In this document: one piece after another, positions 15,269 to 25,347 of the stretch
Position numbering within the stretch: the stretch's first letter is position 1
Layout of the letters: each line of letters opens with the position of its first letter
Source of the DNA: Nitrospirota bacterium
Lineage (GTDB): Bacteria; Nitrospirota; 9FT-COMBO-42-15; HDB-SIOI813
Direction of reading: 5' to 3'
NCBI GenBank assembly: GCA_023248365.1
Contig: JAHFER010000011.1
Span: 1 to 26,254 of the forward strand
Length of the DNA stretch: 26,254 nucleotides
The notes under the pieces: generated by a model
The model's input: only the letters and a program-made list of their open reading frames with translations
What the model was told of the DNA's origin: nothing
Database searches by the model: none
Program-made: the position numbers and the translations under genes

Positions 15269-16097
15269 GGGCTTAGGTACATTAATACCTCAAATGGACA
15301 CTGTTAAGGTTGAGGGTGTGCAATCTGTGTCTGAGATTGAAGTATCAAGGATAGTACCAAACAGATACCAGCCAAGGCACGTATTTGAAGATAAGAGCCT
15401 TGAAGAGTTGGCAGATTCAATAAAAAATCACGGAGTTATCCAGCCTGTGATTGTAAGACATCTTGATAATGGTTCATACGAACTTATTGCAGGTGAGCGG
15501 CGGTGGCGGGCCAGCCAGATTGCAGGGTTAAAAAAAATACCTGTTGTTGTTAAGGATATTAGTGATGAAAAATCTCTGGAAATTGCCCTGATAGAAAATC
15601 TTCAGAGAGAAAACCTTAACTCCATTGAAGCTGCACAGGGGTATCAGAGACTTCTAAATGAGTTTAATCTCACTCAGGAAGAGATAGCAGTAAGGGTTGG
15701 TAAGGATCGTTCTACTGTTGCGAATTATATGAGACTGCTGAGTCTTCCTGAGAAGGTAAGGGCTTATCTGTCAGGTTCAATACTTTCACCCGGACATGCC
15801 AAGGCTATACTTTCCATAACAGCTCACGGTGAGCAGGTAAAGTTTGCAGAGCATCTTGTGGCCAAAGGCGCTTCTGTCAGAGAGGCAGAGGCTTGGGTAA
15901 AGACCTGGGGTGTTCAGAAGAATAAAAAGAAGGTAATTGAAAAAAGAGACCCTTCATTTAGAGAGGTTGAAGAGAGGCTTCAGCGTATTCTTGGTACAAA
16001 GGTACGGATACATGAGGAAAAAAAAGGCGGAAAGATAGTGGTGGAATATTATACTCTGGATGATTTAAACAGAATACTGGAGTTAGTTGACAGGTAA
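15246..16097 (+). CDS. parB: Chromosome partitioning protein ParB/Spo0J
   Basis: KKALGRGLGTLI, PNRYQPR, GVIQPVIVR, LIAGERRWRA, IENLQRENL, HTH GKDRSTVANYMRLL. Confidence 0.97.
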   Translation: MIKKALGRGLGTLIPQMDTVKVEGVQSVSEIEVSRIVPNRYQPRHVFEDKSLEELADSIKNHGVIQPVIVRHLDNGSYELIAGERRWRASQIAGLKKIPVVVKDISDEKSLEIALIENLQRENLNSIEAAQGYQRLLNEFNLTQEEIAVRVGKDRSTVANYMRLLSLPEKVRAYLSGSILSPGHAKAILSITAHGEQVKFAEHLVAKGASVREAEAWVKTWGVQKNKKKVIEKRDPSFREVEERLQRILGTKVRIHEEKKGGKIVVEYYTLDDLNRILELVDR

Positions 16098-16103
16098 CGG
16101 AAG

Positions 16104-17195
16104 ATGTCAATGCCAGGGAAAAAGGTCTTAGTAGGAATGAGCGGCGGCATAGATAGTTCAGTAACCGCTATGCTTTTGGTTAAGCAAGGTTATGACGTTA
16201 CAGGTGCAACTCTAAAGATTTGGGAAGAAGGGGCCTATCTCGACGGAAAATGGCATGAGCGCTCCTGCTGTAAGATAGGGCTTGCAAAGTTTGCTGCGGA
16301 AAACTTAAAGATTCCTTATTTTGTGTGGGATGCCTATAAGGAATTCAGGCAAATAGTAGTTGATGACTTCTGTTCGGAATATATAAAGGGAAGGACGCCA
16401 AACCCATGTGTAAGATGTAATGAAAAGATTAAGTTTTCTCTCCTCCTTGAAAAGGCTGCCGGCATTGGTGTGGACTACGTTGCTACAGGCCATTATTCGC
16501 GTATAATCTATAATCCTGAAGATAAAAAATATCATCTTAAAAAGGGATTATACTCTGCAAAAGATCAAAGTTATTTTTTATACAGACTCTCGCAAGACCA
16601 ATTATCAAAAATTATGTTTCCACTTGGTGAATATAAAAAAGATGAGGTTTCTGAACTGGCAAAGACTCTTGACCTTCCTGTTGATGAGATCAAAGAGAGT
16701 CAGGAGGTATGCTTTGTTACAAGAGAGGGTTACCAGGAGTTCATCTCCAATTACCTTCCAGCTTCTGTAAATCCGGGAAGATTCGTTACAACTTCCGGAG
16801 ATGTATTAGGGGAACATAGAGGTATTGCCTTTTATACCGTTGGACAGCGAAGGGGGCTTGGCATAGCTGCTGGAGAACGGCTTTATGTAACACGCATTGA
16901 TACAACAAGGAATGAGGTAGTTCTGGGGACTGATGATGAATTATTGGCATCGGGACTTATAGCCGGTGATGTTCATACAATAAGCGGAAAACTATTTACA
17001 CAAAGCAGGGAGCTGCAAGCAAAAATAAGATACAGGAGTGAACCGGTAAAAGTATCTGTGGTCCCCTTTGAAGCCAGGCAGGTCAGAGTGCTCTTTGATA
17101 AACCCCAGCGGGCTGTTACTCCAGGACAGTCAATCGTGTTTTATGACGATGATGAGGTGATTGGAGGGGGAATTATTCAAGAAAGTAATGGGTAA
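16104..17195 (+). CDS. mnmA: tRNA-specific 2-thiouridylase MnmA
   Basis: GMSGGIDSS PP-loop, TPNPCVRCNEKIKF, ATGHY, KDQSYFL, ESQEVCF, YTVGQRRGLG, AVTPGQSIVFY. Confidence 0.96.
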   Translation: MSMPGKKVLVGMSGGIDSSVTAMLLVKQGYDVTGATLKIWEEGAYLDGKWHERSCCKIGLAKFAAENLKIPYFVWDAYKEFRQIVVDDFCSEYIKGRTPNPCVRCNEKIKFSLLLEKAAGIGVDYVATGHYSRIIYNPEDKKYHLKKGLYSAKDQSYFLYRLSQDQLSKIMFPLGEYKKDEVSELAKTLDLPVDEIKESQEVCFVTREGYQEFISNYLPASVNPGRFVTTSGDVLGEHRGIAFYTVGQRRGLGIAAGERLYVTRIDTTRNEVVLGTDDELLASGLIAGDVHTISGKLFTQSRELQAKIRYRSEPVKVSVVPFEARQVRVLFDKPQRAVTPGQSIVFYDDDEVIGGGIIQESNG

Positions 17196-17203
17196 CTGGA
17201 ATG

Positions 17204-17273
17204 AAAATACTAAATTCTAAACAATTTGTATTTTGAATTTGTTTAGGATTTAGAAATTAGAATTTAGGATTTT
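17204..17273. repeat. Heptamer-based inverted repeat between the convergent mnmA and pgk-like genes
   Basis: Right arm TTTAGGA TTTAGAA ATTAGAA TTTAGGA (17242-17269). The left arm TACTAAA TTCTAAA CAA is its imperfect reverse complement. Confidence 0.7.
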
Positions 17274-17297
17274 ACCGTGAAGATTTTTCGGATGAAT

Positions 17298-18812
17298 TCA
17301 CGGATGTTCTCTGCGGGCCAGTTGCTTTTTTATAACTGCTTTTCTAAGTTCTTCATACTGAAGGCCGTAGCCGCCTTCGAGTAGCTTTCTTGAACTCATA
17401 ATAAGTGAAATTGTAACAGGCGAGTCAAAGGCGGTCTCTAACAATGTGGACCCGCCTCCTGTTGATCGAAACCCCATATCGAGTTTTCTCCTGCTCGCCT
17501 CTTCATAGGAAGATGTTACAAAATTTGTACTGCCGCCGCCGATCTCTTTTACAGCATCCCTGTTTTTATCAATAGCATCAATCATCCTGTGTGTTCCCTC
17601 AACATACCTTTCATCATCTACACCGAGAGGACCATTCCAGACAATAGTCGCTGCCTTTTCTACTACACTTGTATAAAGCTCCTTTGTCTTATCACCAATA
17701 TCCACAATCTCATCATCGTCGTTCAGTTCATGTAATAGCACAGACTTTAAGATAGCCCCGTCCCTTTCAATTTCGTAGTCTACAGGAAGGATTAATCTTC
17801 TCCCCTGAAGAGGATTGGGGTCTTTAAACTGGAAGTCGTTATATAGTCTTAATAAACCCTGTGAAAGGTTTATCTCTTCTGCATTATACTGATAACCGCT
17901 TTCTGCAGCAGACTCAAAACCCTTGAGCCGCACTTCACGCAGCCCTCTAAGGTCTTTCTTAATCTCTCCGGGCAGCCCTCTAAGGTCTTCCTCTTTTAAC
18001 ATTGTCAACTGTGCATAAACAAAGGCATACATCAGATGACCGCCTACAAGTACGTAATCAACAAGCCTCTCTCCTATATGAAGATTTAAATCCGGGTTAA
18101 ACATATTGCTCCAGTGGGTTGTCTTTTCTGCTCTAAAGATTGTTCTCATAAGCTGGAGACTATCCTCGACCTTATCTCCACCTACGATTACAATGTAAGG
18201 TGAGCCAGGTTTTTTTATCTTCATGTGTGCCTCAATCTCATCAACAAGGAGGCTTCCTGCAAGTCCGGGAATGAATTCATGGATTCTGTTGGATGAGGTC
18301 TCTTTTCTGTGGGCTGTTCCAAATGAATTCTGAATGCTTAAATCTACAACAGAAGTCAAAGCCTTTGCCAGACTTTCCTCATTCTTTGTTTCATCTGTGT
18401 GAAATCTGATATTGTCGAGGAGGGGGATTGCCCCTCTTTTAAAAAGGTTCTTTAAATAAGCAGCATTAAATTGTTCTGGAGAAAAAGCACCTTTGTCAGG
18501 GTCAAACCTGATAATCTCTATCTCTTTTCCCAGGGCACTTGAGAGGGGAGGGCATACAGGGTCAAGTGTTAGTGACGGATCAAATCCCTTTGGTCTTCCA
18601 AAGTGCGTTACTAATAAAGGGATAACACCGGCGTTAATCAGTTCCCTGATAAATGGAGCGGCCATAAGTATTCTGAATGCGTCAGCCACATGCGGGTTAT
18701 TTCCACTATCATGGATAATAGGGACATTGAAGTCAGATTTTACAAGGGCAATCTTGCCTTCGAGTTCTCTTAAATAATCAGAGGCCTTTAAATAACCTAA
18801 TGCTCCGTCCAT
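17298..18812 (-). CDS. pgk: Divergent phosphoglycerate kinase-family protein (504 aa)
   Basis: SDFNVP, THFGRP, DNIRF, FGTAHR, WNGP and STGGG motifs. It has large insertions and altered nucleotide-site motifs, so the activity is uncertain. Confidence 0.75.
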   Translation of the reverse strand: MDGALGYLKASDYLRELEGKIALVKSDFNVPIIHDSGNNPHVADAFRILMAAPFIRELINAGVIPLLVTHFGRPKGFDPSLTLDPVCPPLSSALGKEIEIIRFDPDKGAFSPEQFNAAYLKNLFKRGAIPLLDNIRFHTDETKNEESLAKALTSVVDLSIQNSFGTAHRKETSSNRIHEFIPGLAGSLLVDEIEAHMKIKKPGSPYIVIVGGDKVEDSLQLMRTIFRAEKTTHWSNMFNPDLNLHIGERLVDYVLVGGHLMYAFVYAQLTMLKEEDLRGLPGEIKKDLRGLREVRLKGFESAAESGYQYNAEEINLSQGLLRLYNDFQFKDPNPLQGRRLILPVDYEIERDGAILKSVLLHELNDDDEIVDIGDKTKELYTSVVEKAATIVWNGPLGVDDERYVEGTHRMIDAIDKNRDAVKEIGGGSTNFVTSSYEEASRRKLDMGFRSTGGGSTLLETAFDSPVTISLIMSSRKLLEGGYGLQYEELRKAVIKKQLARREHP

Positions 18813-20006
18813 TTATCCCCCTTTAAGGATTCCTAATTGTTTACCTGCCGTCCTGAAAGTCTCCAGGGCAAAATCAAGATCTCCTCTGGTATGAGCCGCT
18901 GAAATCTGAACCCTTATTCGGGCTTTTCCCTTTGGAACTACAGGATAACTGAATCCTACCACATAAACACCTGACTCAAATAATCTTCTTGCCATTTCTG
19001 CCGCCAGTTTTTCTTCATAGAGCATAACAGGCACAATTGGATGCACGCCTTCTCTGATATTATAGCCCATTCCGCTGATCTCTCTCCTTAAGTATGCGGT
19101 ATTTTCCATGAGTTTATCCCTTAAACCTGCTGTCTTTTCTATGATACTTAGCGCTTCCAATACAGCCGCCGCTATCACAGGCGGGAGGGAATTTGAAAAT
19201 AGATATGGTCTTGATCTCTGCCGCAGCATGGAGATTATCTCCTTGTGACTGCTTGTAAATCCTCCTGAAGCACCCCCAAGTGCCTTACCAAGGGTACTTG
19301 TAATAATATCTACCTTTCCCATTACATTACAATATTCTGCAGACCCTCTTCCGGTTGGACCAAAAAAGCCTGTGGCATGAGAGTCATCAACCATTACAAG
19401 TGCATCATATTTCTCCGCCAGCGTACAAATATCTTTTAGAGGTGCTACATCCCCATCCATCGAAAATACACCATCCGTAGAAATAATTCTGAACCTTGCA
19501 CTGCCAGCCTCTTTTAAATTTTCTTCGAGATCATTCATGTCCATATGTTTGAATCTTAAACGTCCTGCCTTACATAATCTTATTCCATCAATTATAGAGG
19601 CATGGTTTAGTTCATCAGAAAGTACGGCGTCTCTTTCATCAAATAATGCCTCAAAGAAACCTGTGTTTGCGTCAAAGCAAGAGGTGTAAAGAATAGACTC
19701 TTCCATATTGAGAAATGAAGAAAGCCTTTTCTCCAGTTCTTTGTGTATTTCCTGTGTCCCGCAGATAAACCTCACAGAGGACATGCCGAATCCCCATTTT
19801 TCCAGTCCGGACTTTGCCGCCGCTATAATATCAGGATGGTTAGACAGGCCTAAGTAATTATTGGCACACATGTTGATGACTTGTTTGCCTTTAACGTTTA
19901 TATAAATACCCTGAGCGGAAGCAAGTAAACGCTCTTCTTTGTAAAGACCTGCCTCCTGAATACTTAGCAGCTCTTTAAGGAGATGTTCTTTAATAGATAA
20001 ATACAT
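18813..20006 (-). CDS. kbl: 2-amino-3-ketobutyrate CoA ligase (glycine C-acetyltransferase)
   Basis: [70 protein letters not shown]. Adjacent to tdh. Confidence 0.95.
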   Translation of the reverse strand: MYLSIKEHLLKELLSIQEAGLYKEERLLASAQGIYINVKGKQVINMCANNYLGLSNHPDIIAAAKSGLEKWGFGMSSVRFICGTQEIHKELEKRLSSFLNMEESILYTSCFDANTGFFEALFDERDAVLSDELNHASIIDGIRLCKAGRLRFKHMDMNDLEENLKEAGSARFRIISTDGVFSMDGDVAPLKDICTLAEKYDALVMVDDSHATGFFGPTGRGSAEYCNVMGKVDIITSTLGKALGGASGGFTSSHKEIISMLRQRSRPYLFSNSLPPVIAAAVLEALSIIEKTAGLRDKLMENTAYLRREISGMGYNIREGVHPIVPVMLYEEKLAAEMARRLFESGVYVVGFSYPVVPKGKARIRVQISAAHTRGDLDFALETFRTAGKQLGILKGG

Positions 20007-21067
20007 TATTCCAAATAAAGTACGACCTTAACCGCCTTTTTGGGCCTCTGCAGAAGCAGTTCAAATCCCTTTTCAAAATCATCAAAGGGTAGTTTGTGTG
20101 AAATGATTGGTGATATGTCAAGTCTGCCTGACTTAAGCAGGTTATGCATTCTGTACCAGGTATCAAATAAGATTCTACCATTTATTCCGTAGATAATAAT
20201 CCCCTTGAATATGATCTGATTTGTAATGTCAACGGTGACGGGGTTTGAGAAGAGCCCAAAGGCAGATAGTCTCCCCCCTTTTCTAAGCAAATTAAGCCCC
20301 TGTTCTAATCCCTTTGCACTTCCTGACATTTCGAGGACAACATCTACCCCTGTCCCCTCAGTTCTGCCCATTATTGAGGATTCAAGTCCTTCTTCATCCC
20401 CATGAAATACAGCATCTGCCCCCATTTTCTTTGCAACGTCGAGCCTCGGTTTATTATGTCCTATAAGGCCGATCCAGCTTGCACCGGAGGCTCTTGCAAC
20501 ACCAACAGAAAAAAGGCCAATAGGCCCGTCTCCAATAATCAGAACTGATTTTCCAGTGACAGGCTCAACGAGCGTACAGTATAAGGCATTTCCGAGAGGG
20601 TCCTGAACAGATGCAAACTCCGGAGGCATATTAATATCGTTTTTCCAGACCCCTCTTGCAGGCACAGAAACGTATTCTGCAAAGCAACCATTTATATCAA
20701 TGCCAAGAATCTTAAGATTACTGCATATATGCTGCTGGCCGATCCTGCATTGTAAGCAATGACCACAGAAAATATGGCTGTCAGCAGTGACATAGTCTCC
20801 CACAGAGAAGCCGCTTACGCCCTCTCCAACCTTTACAACATCTCCAGCAAATTCATGACCGGTTATTAGAGGAGTGGTTTTTATTCTGTTCTGAGCCCAG
20901 GAGTTCCACCTGTATATATGCAGGTCAGTGCCGCAGATCGAGGTTGTTCGTACTTTTATCAGTATCTCGCCATGTTTTTCAGAGGGGACTTCAACAGATG
21001 TCATTTCAAGACCTGAATGTGGACCGGTCTTTACTATGGCCTTCATCTTTTCAGGCAGTACTATCAT
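20006..21067 (-). CDS. tdh: L-threonine 3-dehydrogenase (Zn-dependent)
   Basis: [16 protein letters not shown].....C Zn cluster, DPLGNA, G.GPIG, LEMSG, GINGR. Confidence 0.93.
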   Translation of the reverse strand: MIVLPEKMKAIVKTGPHSGLEMTSVEVPSEKHGEILIKVRTTSICGTDLHIYRWNSWAQNRIKTTPLITGHEFAGDVVKVGEGVSGFSVGDYVTADSHIFCGHCLQCRIGQQHICSNLKILGIDINGCFAEYVSVPARGVWKNDINMPPEFASVQDPLGNALYCTLVEPVTGKSVLIIGDGPIGLFSVGVARASGASWIGLIGHNKPRLDVAKKMGADAVFHGDEEGLESSIMGRTEGTGVDVVLEMSGSAKGLEQGLNLLRKGGRLSAFGLFSNPVTVDITNQIIFKGIIIYGINGRILFDTWYRMHNLLKSGRLDISPIISHKLPFDDFEKGFELLLQRPKKAVKVVLYLE

Positions 21068-23990
21068 TGGTTTTGAAATAATCGGTTATGAGATTTCTTA
21101 AGTCAGTTGCGGAAAAGGGCTTTCCGAAATAGTGTACCATGCTTTCCTTTAAGAATTTCTGTGTGTCCGGGTTTATTGAATCTCCTGTGGTAAATATGAT
21201 CTTTTTTATCAGTTCAGGTCTTGTATTTTCCAGTTTCCTGTAAAATTCTTTTCCATCCATATTAGGCATTCTTATATCGCTGATTATGAGGTCATACTCT
21301 TTATTTTTTATCTTATCCATAGCAATCCTTGCATCAGATGCTGTACAGGCATGATGTCCAATACTTTCAACTATAGCCTTTACAAGATCAAGTATTGTTT
21401 GCTCATCATCTACTACAAGAATGTTTTTCTTTCCCTTTATTTCAATTCCTGTGTCCAAAGTTTCTCTTAAATTATTTTTCGCCACATCTGACTGAGATAT
21501 AAGGGGTAATTCAATGACAAAAGTAGTGCCTTCTCCAGGCCTGCTTTTTACATAAATCTTTCCTTTATGTTCTTTAATAATCCCGTATGAAACACTCAAT
21601 CCGAGACCCGTTCCCTTACCAACCTCTCTTGTAGTAAAGAACGGGTCAAAAATCTTTTTGACGTTTGATTCAGAGATTCCGGGACCTGTATCTGTAAAGC
21701 TGGCCTTTATAACTTGTTCATTGAGTTCGGATTTGATGGTTAGCACGCCCTTTCCACCTTTTTCCCTCATAGCGAGGTGGGCGTTATTTACTATATTTAA
21801 AAAGACCTGCTGGATTGTGTATGGGTCTACCATTGTGTAGGGAAGATGGTTGTCCAGCTCAGTGATGACTGCAATGTTGTCTACAGTAAGCTGATAACTC
21901 TTGAGTTCTAATGTATGCATTACAATATCATTAATATTTACGTACTGTTTTTCAATCTTATGCTGCCTTGCAAAGCTTAGAAGATTTTCAATTATCTTTT
22001 TACATCTCAGGGCAGCATTATTAACCTTTCCAAGTTTTTCCTTCAGGCTATTGTCTCCGGAAGATTCAAGCAGAAGTTCACAATATCCTATTACTCCGGT
22101 GAGTGGATTGTTGAGTTCATGTGCCACGCCTGACAGTATTTCTCCGAGTGAGGAGAGTTTTTCAGCCTGAATGAGCTGCTCTTTCAGCATGGTCTCCTCT
22201 GTAACGTCCCTGATATATTCCACCCTGTGAAGCAATCTGCCGTTACTGTCACATACAGGAAACATGTATCTTTCCAACACCCTGTTATCATTTGTATGAA
22301 CACGATTTCTATGGGGTATAGGGGTTTTCCAGTTTGTTGCATTACATTCAGGTATTACTTTATCAAAACCGTATACCAGGTTGAATAACTTTTTTCCTAC
22401 TACCATTTCCTCAGTCAGGTTGAATGCCTCAAGAAAGGATTTATTAACCTCGAGGACAGTACAATCAGGGGCAAGGAGGAATATATAATCTTTGATACCA
22501 TTATAAATTATCTGAAGCTGATCACGTGTCCTCTTTAATTCTTCTTCCTCCTGCATTATCCGCATATTTGCATCAAACAGCTCATTTGATTTTTTCTCAA
22601 GCTCTTCATTCAGTATGGTTAGCTCCTCATTAGCTGACTGAAGCTCTTCTGCCTGGGATTGAGACTCTTCCAATGAGACCTCAAGCTCCTGATTGGTTGA
22701 TATTAATTTATCATTCAGGGCAGATAACTCATTAGTCTTTTGTCCCATTTCTGAAAGATGGACTTCTCGTTCTCTTGTAGTTTCCTTAATCTCTATGATC
22801 ATTTCATTAAAAGACCTTGAAAGTGTGGAGACCTCATCCCTTGAATCTTCTGAGGCTTCCAAAGGTATAACATCCATTTTCCCTGAGGCAGTCTCTCTTG
22901 CCCTCCCTGCAAGTACCTCAAGTGGACTTGTAATCTTCCTTGTTACATAAAATGCGGTTCCTCCGGCAAAAAGTATGCTAAGCCCGGTGATAAACAATAT
23001 ACTGATTCTGTTACTCTTGTGAAGGATTGTAAAGTTTGATTCCGGTACGCTTACAGACAGCGAACCGATTACCTTACCTTTATTATCTTTGATTGGGGAA
23101 TAGGCGCCAATGCGGTCAGAATTAAAAATAGAAATCAATCCTCTGTAACTCTTGCCGGCATTAATTACATTCATGACTTCAAGGGGCAGCTTAGTACCGA
23201 TGGCCCTTTCACCTGCTTCAGTTGTTCCTGTTGTAGCTATTCTTACACCGTTATTTGCTATCGTGGCCATGGCCCCGGGGATCTTTTGCATTATCGTATC
23301 AGGTACGAAGTTGTCTTTGTTTAAAATGTCTGCTGTAACAATTGCTCCTACAACTTTGTCCTGAGCGAAAACCGGCACAACCACTATTACTGATAGTGCT
23401 TTAGTTTCTATTGAATAACCTGGATTGTATTCGCCCTTCCGGTCATTTAATACAACAGGGATAGCAATCTCTTCAGTTAGCTTTTCATCCTCCTTGAGCA
23501 GCACTTCCCTCGGAATAACTTCTGTTGAGATAACAGTATCTCCGCTTGCCAGGGCCTTTTTTACTACACCGTTTACCTCAAAAATATCACCTGAGCTTTT
23601 GCTGTTTAACCGTGCTATAACCATGCCCTCTTTATCCACTATAGTCCAGATGTCAACGTAGGGCCTCTTAATTTTCCAATGGGACATTTTATTTCTCAGG
23701 AATTCCTTGTCCCTTCCCACTATAGCATTTTCTACAAGTTCAGCGGCCTGAAGCATACCGTATTTCATCTGGTCAGCCCGTACATAGTATTGGAGCCATG
23801 CGGCATCAAGGTTCCGTGAATTGGTATTCTCAATCTCCTGATGTACCTTTGTTGCAATAAGTCTTTCAGAGGATATCGCAAACAGTATCAATGGTATGAT
23901 TACAACAAGCAGGAAGGCTGCTGACAGCTTAGTTTTCAGAGAGGCATTCGTAATAATTTGTTTTATTCCCTTTGCAGGCATAAAGTTCAA
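21051..23990 (-). CDS. Membrane-bound hybrid sensor histidine kinase (TM-Cache-like-TM-HAMP-coiled coil-PAS-HisKA-HATPase-REC)
   Basis: H-box [11 protein letters not shown]-box [29 protein letters not shown], and receiver [22 protein letters not shown]. Confidence 0.93.
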   Translation of the reverse strand: MNFMPAKGIKQIITNASLKTKLSAAFLLVVIIPLILFAISSERLIATKVHQEIENTNSRNLDAAWLQYYVRADQMKYGMLQAAELVENAIVGRDKEFLRNKMSHWKIKRPYVDIWTIVDKEGMVIARLNSKSSGDIFEVNGVVKKALASGDTVISTEVIPREVLLKEDEKLTEEIAIPVVLNDRKGEYNPGYSIETKALSVIVVVPVFAQDKVVGAIVTADILNKDNFVPDTIMQKIPGAMATIANNGVRIATTGTTEAGERAIGTKLPLEVMNVINAGKSYRGLISIFNSDRIGAYSPIKDNKGKVIGSLSVSVPESNFTILHKSNRISILFITGLSILFAGGTAFYVTRKITSPLEVLAGRARETASGKMDVIPLEASEDSRDEVSTLSRSFNEMIIEIKETTREREVHLSEMGQKTNELSALNDKLISTNQELEVSLEESQSQAEELQSANEELTILNEELEKKSNELFDANMRIMQEEEELKRTRDQLQIIYNGIKDYIFLLAPDCTVLEVNKSFLEAFNLTEEMVVGKKLFNLVYGFDKVIPECNATNWKTPIPHRNRVHTNDNRVLERYMFPVCDSNGRLLHRVEYIRDVTEETMLKEQLIQAEKLSSLGEILSGVAHELNNPLTGVIGYCELLLESSGDNSLKEKLGKVNNAALRCKKIIENLLSFARQHKIEKQYVNINDIVMHTLELKSYQLTVDNIAVITELDNHLPYTMVDPYTIQQVFLNIVNNAHLAMREKGGKGVLTIKSELNEQVIKASFTDTGPGISESNVKKIFDPFFTTREVGKGTGLGLSVSYGIIKEHKGKIYVKSRPGEGTTFVIELPLISQSDVAKNNLRETLDTGIEIKGKKNILVVDDEQTILDLVKAIVESIGHHACTASDARIAMDKIKNKEYDLIISDIRMPNMDGKEFYRKLENTRPELIKKIIFTTGDSINPDTQKFLKESMVHYFGKPFSATDLRNLITDYFKTNDSTA

Positions 23991-23993
23991 TAC

Positions 23994-24851
23994 CTAAATC
24001 TTCTGGTATATCTTTTCCTTTCTAAAAACCTCTGCAAATCTGTTCCTTAATGCAGGCGGGATAACTTCACTTTTCCCAAGTATTAAGAAGCCGCCTTTAT
24101 CAAGGGCATACCAGAACTTCTCAATAACCTTTTCCTGCAGGTCCTTTTCAAAATAGATAAGCAGGTTCCTGCATATTGCAATATCTATATGGGATAGATG
24201 GATATTGGACACAATGTTGTGAATACCAAAGGTTACAAGATTTCTTATCTGGGATATAAGCTGATAACTATTATCAATAGATTTGAAGTAATGATTTTTA
24301 AAATAAAGAGATACATTTTGCAGAAAGGGTTCATTATAGACTCCTCTCCTCGCCAGTTCAATTGATATTTCATCAATGTCAGTGGCGAATATCTTAATAT
24401 TACAGGGAAATTCTCCTCCGGTATTCCCGTTTCCGTTATGACCGCAATAATATCTCTCTCTTTCATTTGCAAGTAACAGAGCAAGGGAGTATGGTTCCTC
24501 TCCTCTTGCACAGCCGCTGCTCCATACTCTAAGGGTGCTTTGGTTTTTTGATTTTAACCGTCCGGCTGTTTCAGGTATCACATATTTTTCTATTTTTTGG
24601 AAGACTTCAGGGTCACGGAAAAATTCGCTTACCTTTATCGTAATCTGATTAAACAGATAATGAAATTCCTTTGGTTCGGTATCAAGAAGGTTTATGTAGT
24701 GTTCATAAGGTAGTCTTGAGAAGGCAAGTCTTCTTTCAATGCACCGTCTAAGGCTTGATTTCCTGTATCTTCGGAAGTCCCACCCTCTTTGGCAGTACAT
24801 CTTATCAAGGATAATGTCTATGTGTTCTTCTGAGAGTGCAGGTTCAGCCAT
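23994..24851 (-). CDS. cheR: CheR-family protein-glutamate O-methyltransferase (stand-alone)
   Basis: VSEFFRD, RVWSSGCARGEEPYS, FATDID, DIAICRNLLIYF, GGFLILGKSE. The start was reassigned to the ATG at 24851, which has a purine-rich SD. Confidence 0.9.
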   Translation of the reverse strand: MAEPALSEEHIDIILDKMYCQRGWDFRRYRKSSLRRCIERRLAFSRLPYEHYINLLDTEPKEFHYLFNQITIKVSEFFRDPEVFQKIEKYVIPETAGRLKSKNQSTLRVWSSGCARGEEPYSLALLLANERERYYCGHNGNGNTGGEFPCNIKIFATDIDEISIELARRGVYNEPFLQNVSLYFKNHYFKSIDNSYQLISQIRNLVTFGIHNIVSNIHLSHIDIAICRNLLIYFEKDLQEKVIEKFWYALDKGGFLILGKSEVIPPALRNRFAEVFRKEKIYQKI

Positions 24852-24893
24852 TGTTTCCCCTTTCCCCTCTTTTCTACCGAATAAAGAGTAGCC

Positions 24894-24923
24894 ATAATAA
24901 CAGAGTATTTGCAGAGAGGTCAA
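24894..24923 (-). promoter_or_regulatory. Candidate sigma70 promoter of the cheR-HK-tdh-kbl-pgk run
   Basis: TTGACC (24923-24918), 18-bp spacer, TATTAT (24899-24894) preceded by an extended -10 TG. Confidence 0.55.
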
Positions 24924-24957
24924 TAAAAATAATTCAACTCAAATGCCACCATTAAAT

Positions 24958-24986
24958 TTGACTTTCATTTTAGAGGCGAGTAAGCT
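24958..24986 (+). promoter_or_regulatory. Candidate sigma70 promoter of the DUF948-YtxH pair
   Basis: TTGACT, 17-bp spacer, TAAGCT. A GGAG SD follows at 25001. Confidence 0.5.
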
Positions 24987-25013
24987 AAAAATATAATTAT
25001 GGAGCGATAACTT

Positions 25014-25346
25014 ATGATAGTAGAAGTATCTGTAGCTGTTATAGCCGCATGTTTCGTGTTGATAGTTTTCAGGTTGTACACGTTGAGTATGCGGGTAGAG
25101 GAGACAATTAAACGGGTGGAAGAGTTTTTGTTGAGAATGGAAACAGATATAAGGCCTGTATTATATGATGCAAGAGATGTGATGAATGATATGAAGGGAT
25201 TAGTTGAAACAGCGAAACAGAGCACAAAACAGGTTGATTACATAATAGAAGAAGTGGCAAGTCCTGTCCGGAAAGTTGGGATATTCCTTAAGGCATTACG
25301 GGCAGGGTTAAACGCATTGTTAAAAAAAAGGGAAGGAGGTGAGTGA
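25014..25346 (+). CDS. DUF948 (YoxC-like) membrane-anchored coiled-coil protein
   Basis: N-terminal TM helix followed by amphipathic helices, in the typical pairing upstream of a YtxH gene. Confidence 0.7.
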   Translation: MIVEVSVAVIAACFVLIVFRLYTLSMRVEETIKRVEEFLLRMETDIRPVLYDARDVMNDMKGLVETAKQSTKQVDYIIEEVASPVRKVGIFLKALRAGLNALLKKREGGE

Positions 25347-25347
25347 T

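Noticed and set aside
17939-17989. 18-bp direct repeat with a 33-bp period in the pgk-like insertion (DLRGL twice)
   Set aside because: Real but minor: a small in-frame duplication already covered by the divergent-PGK finding.
24852-24923. 24-aa N-terminal extension of CheR given by the ORF track
   Set aside because: The TTG at 24923 coincides with a -35 hexamer, and the ATG at 24851 has a proper SD.
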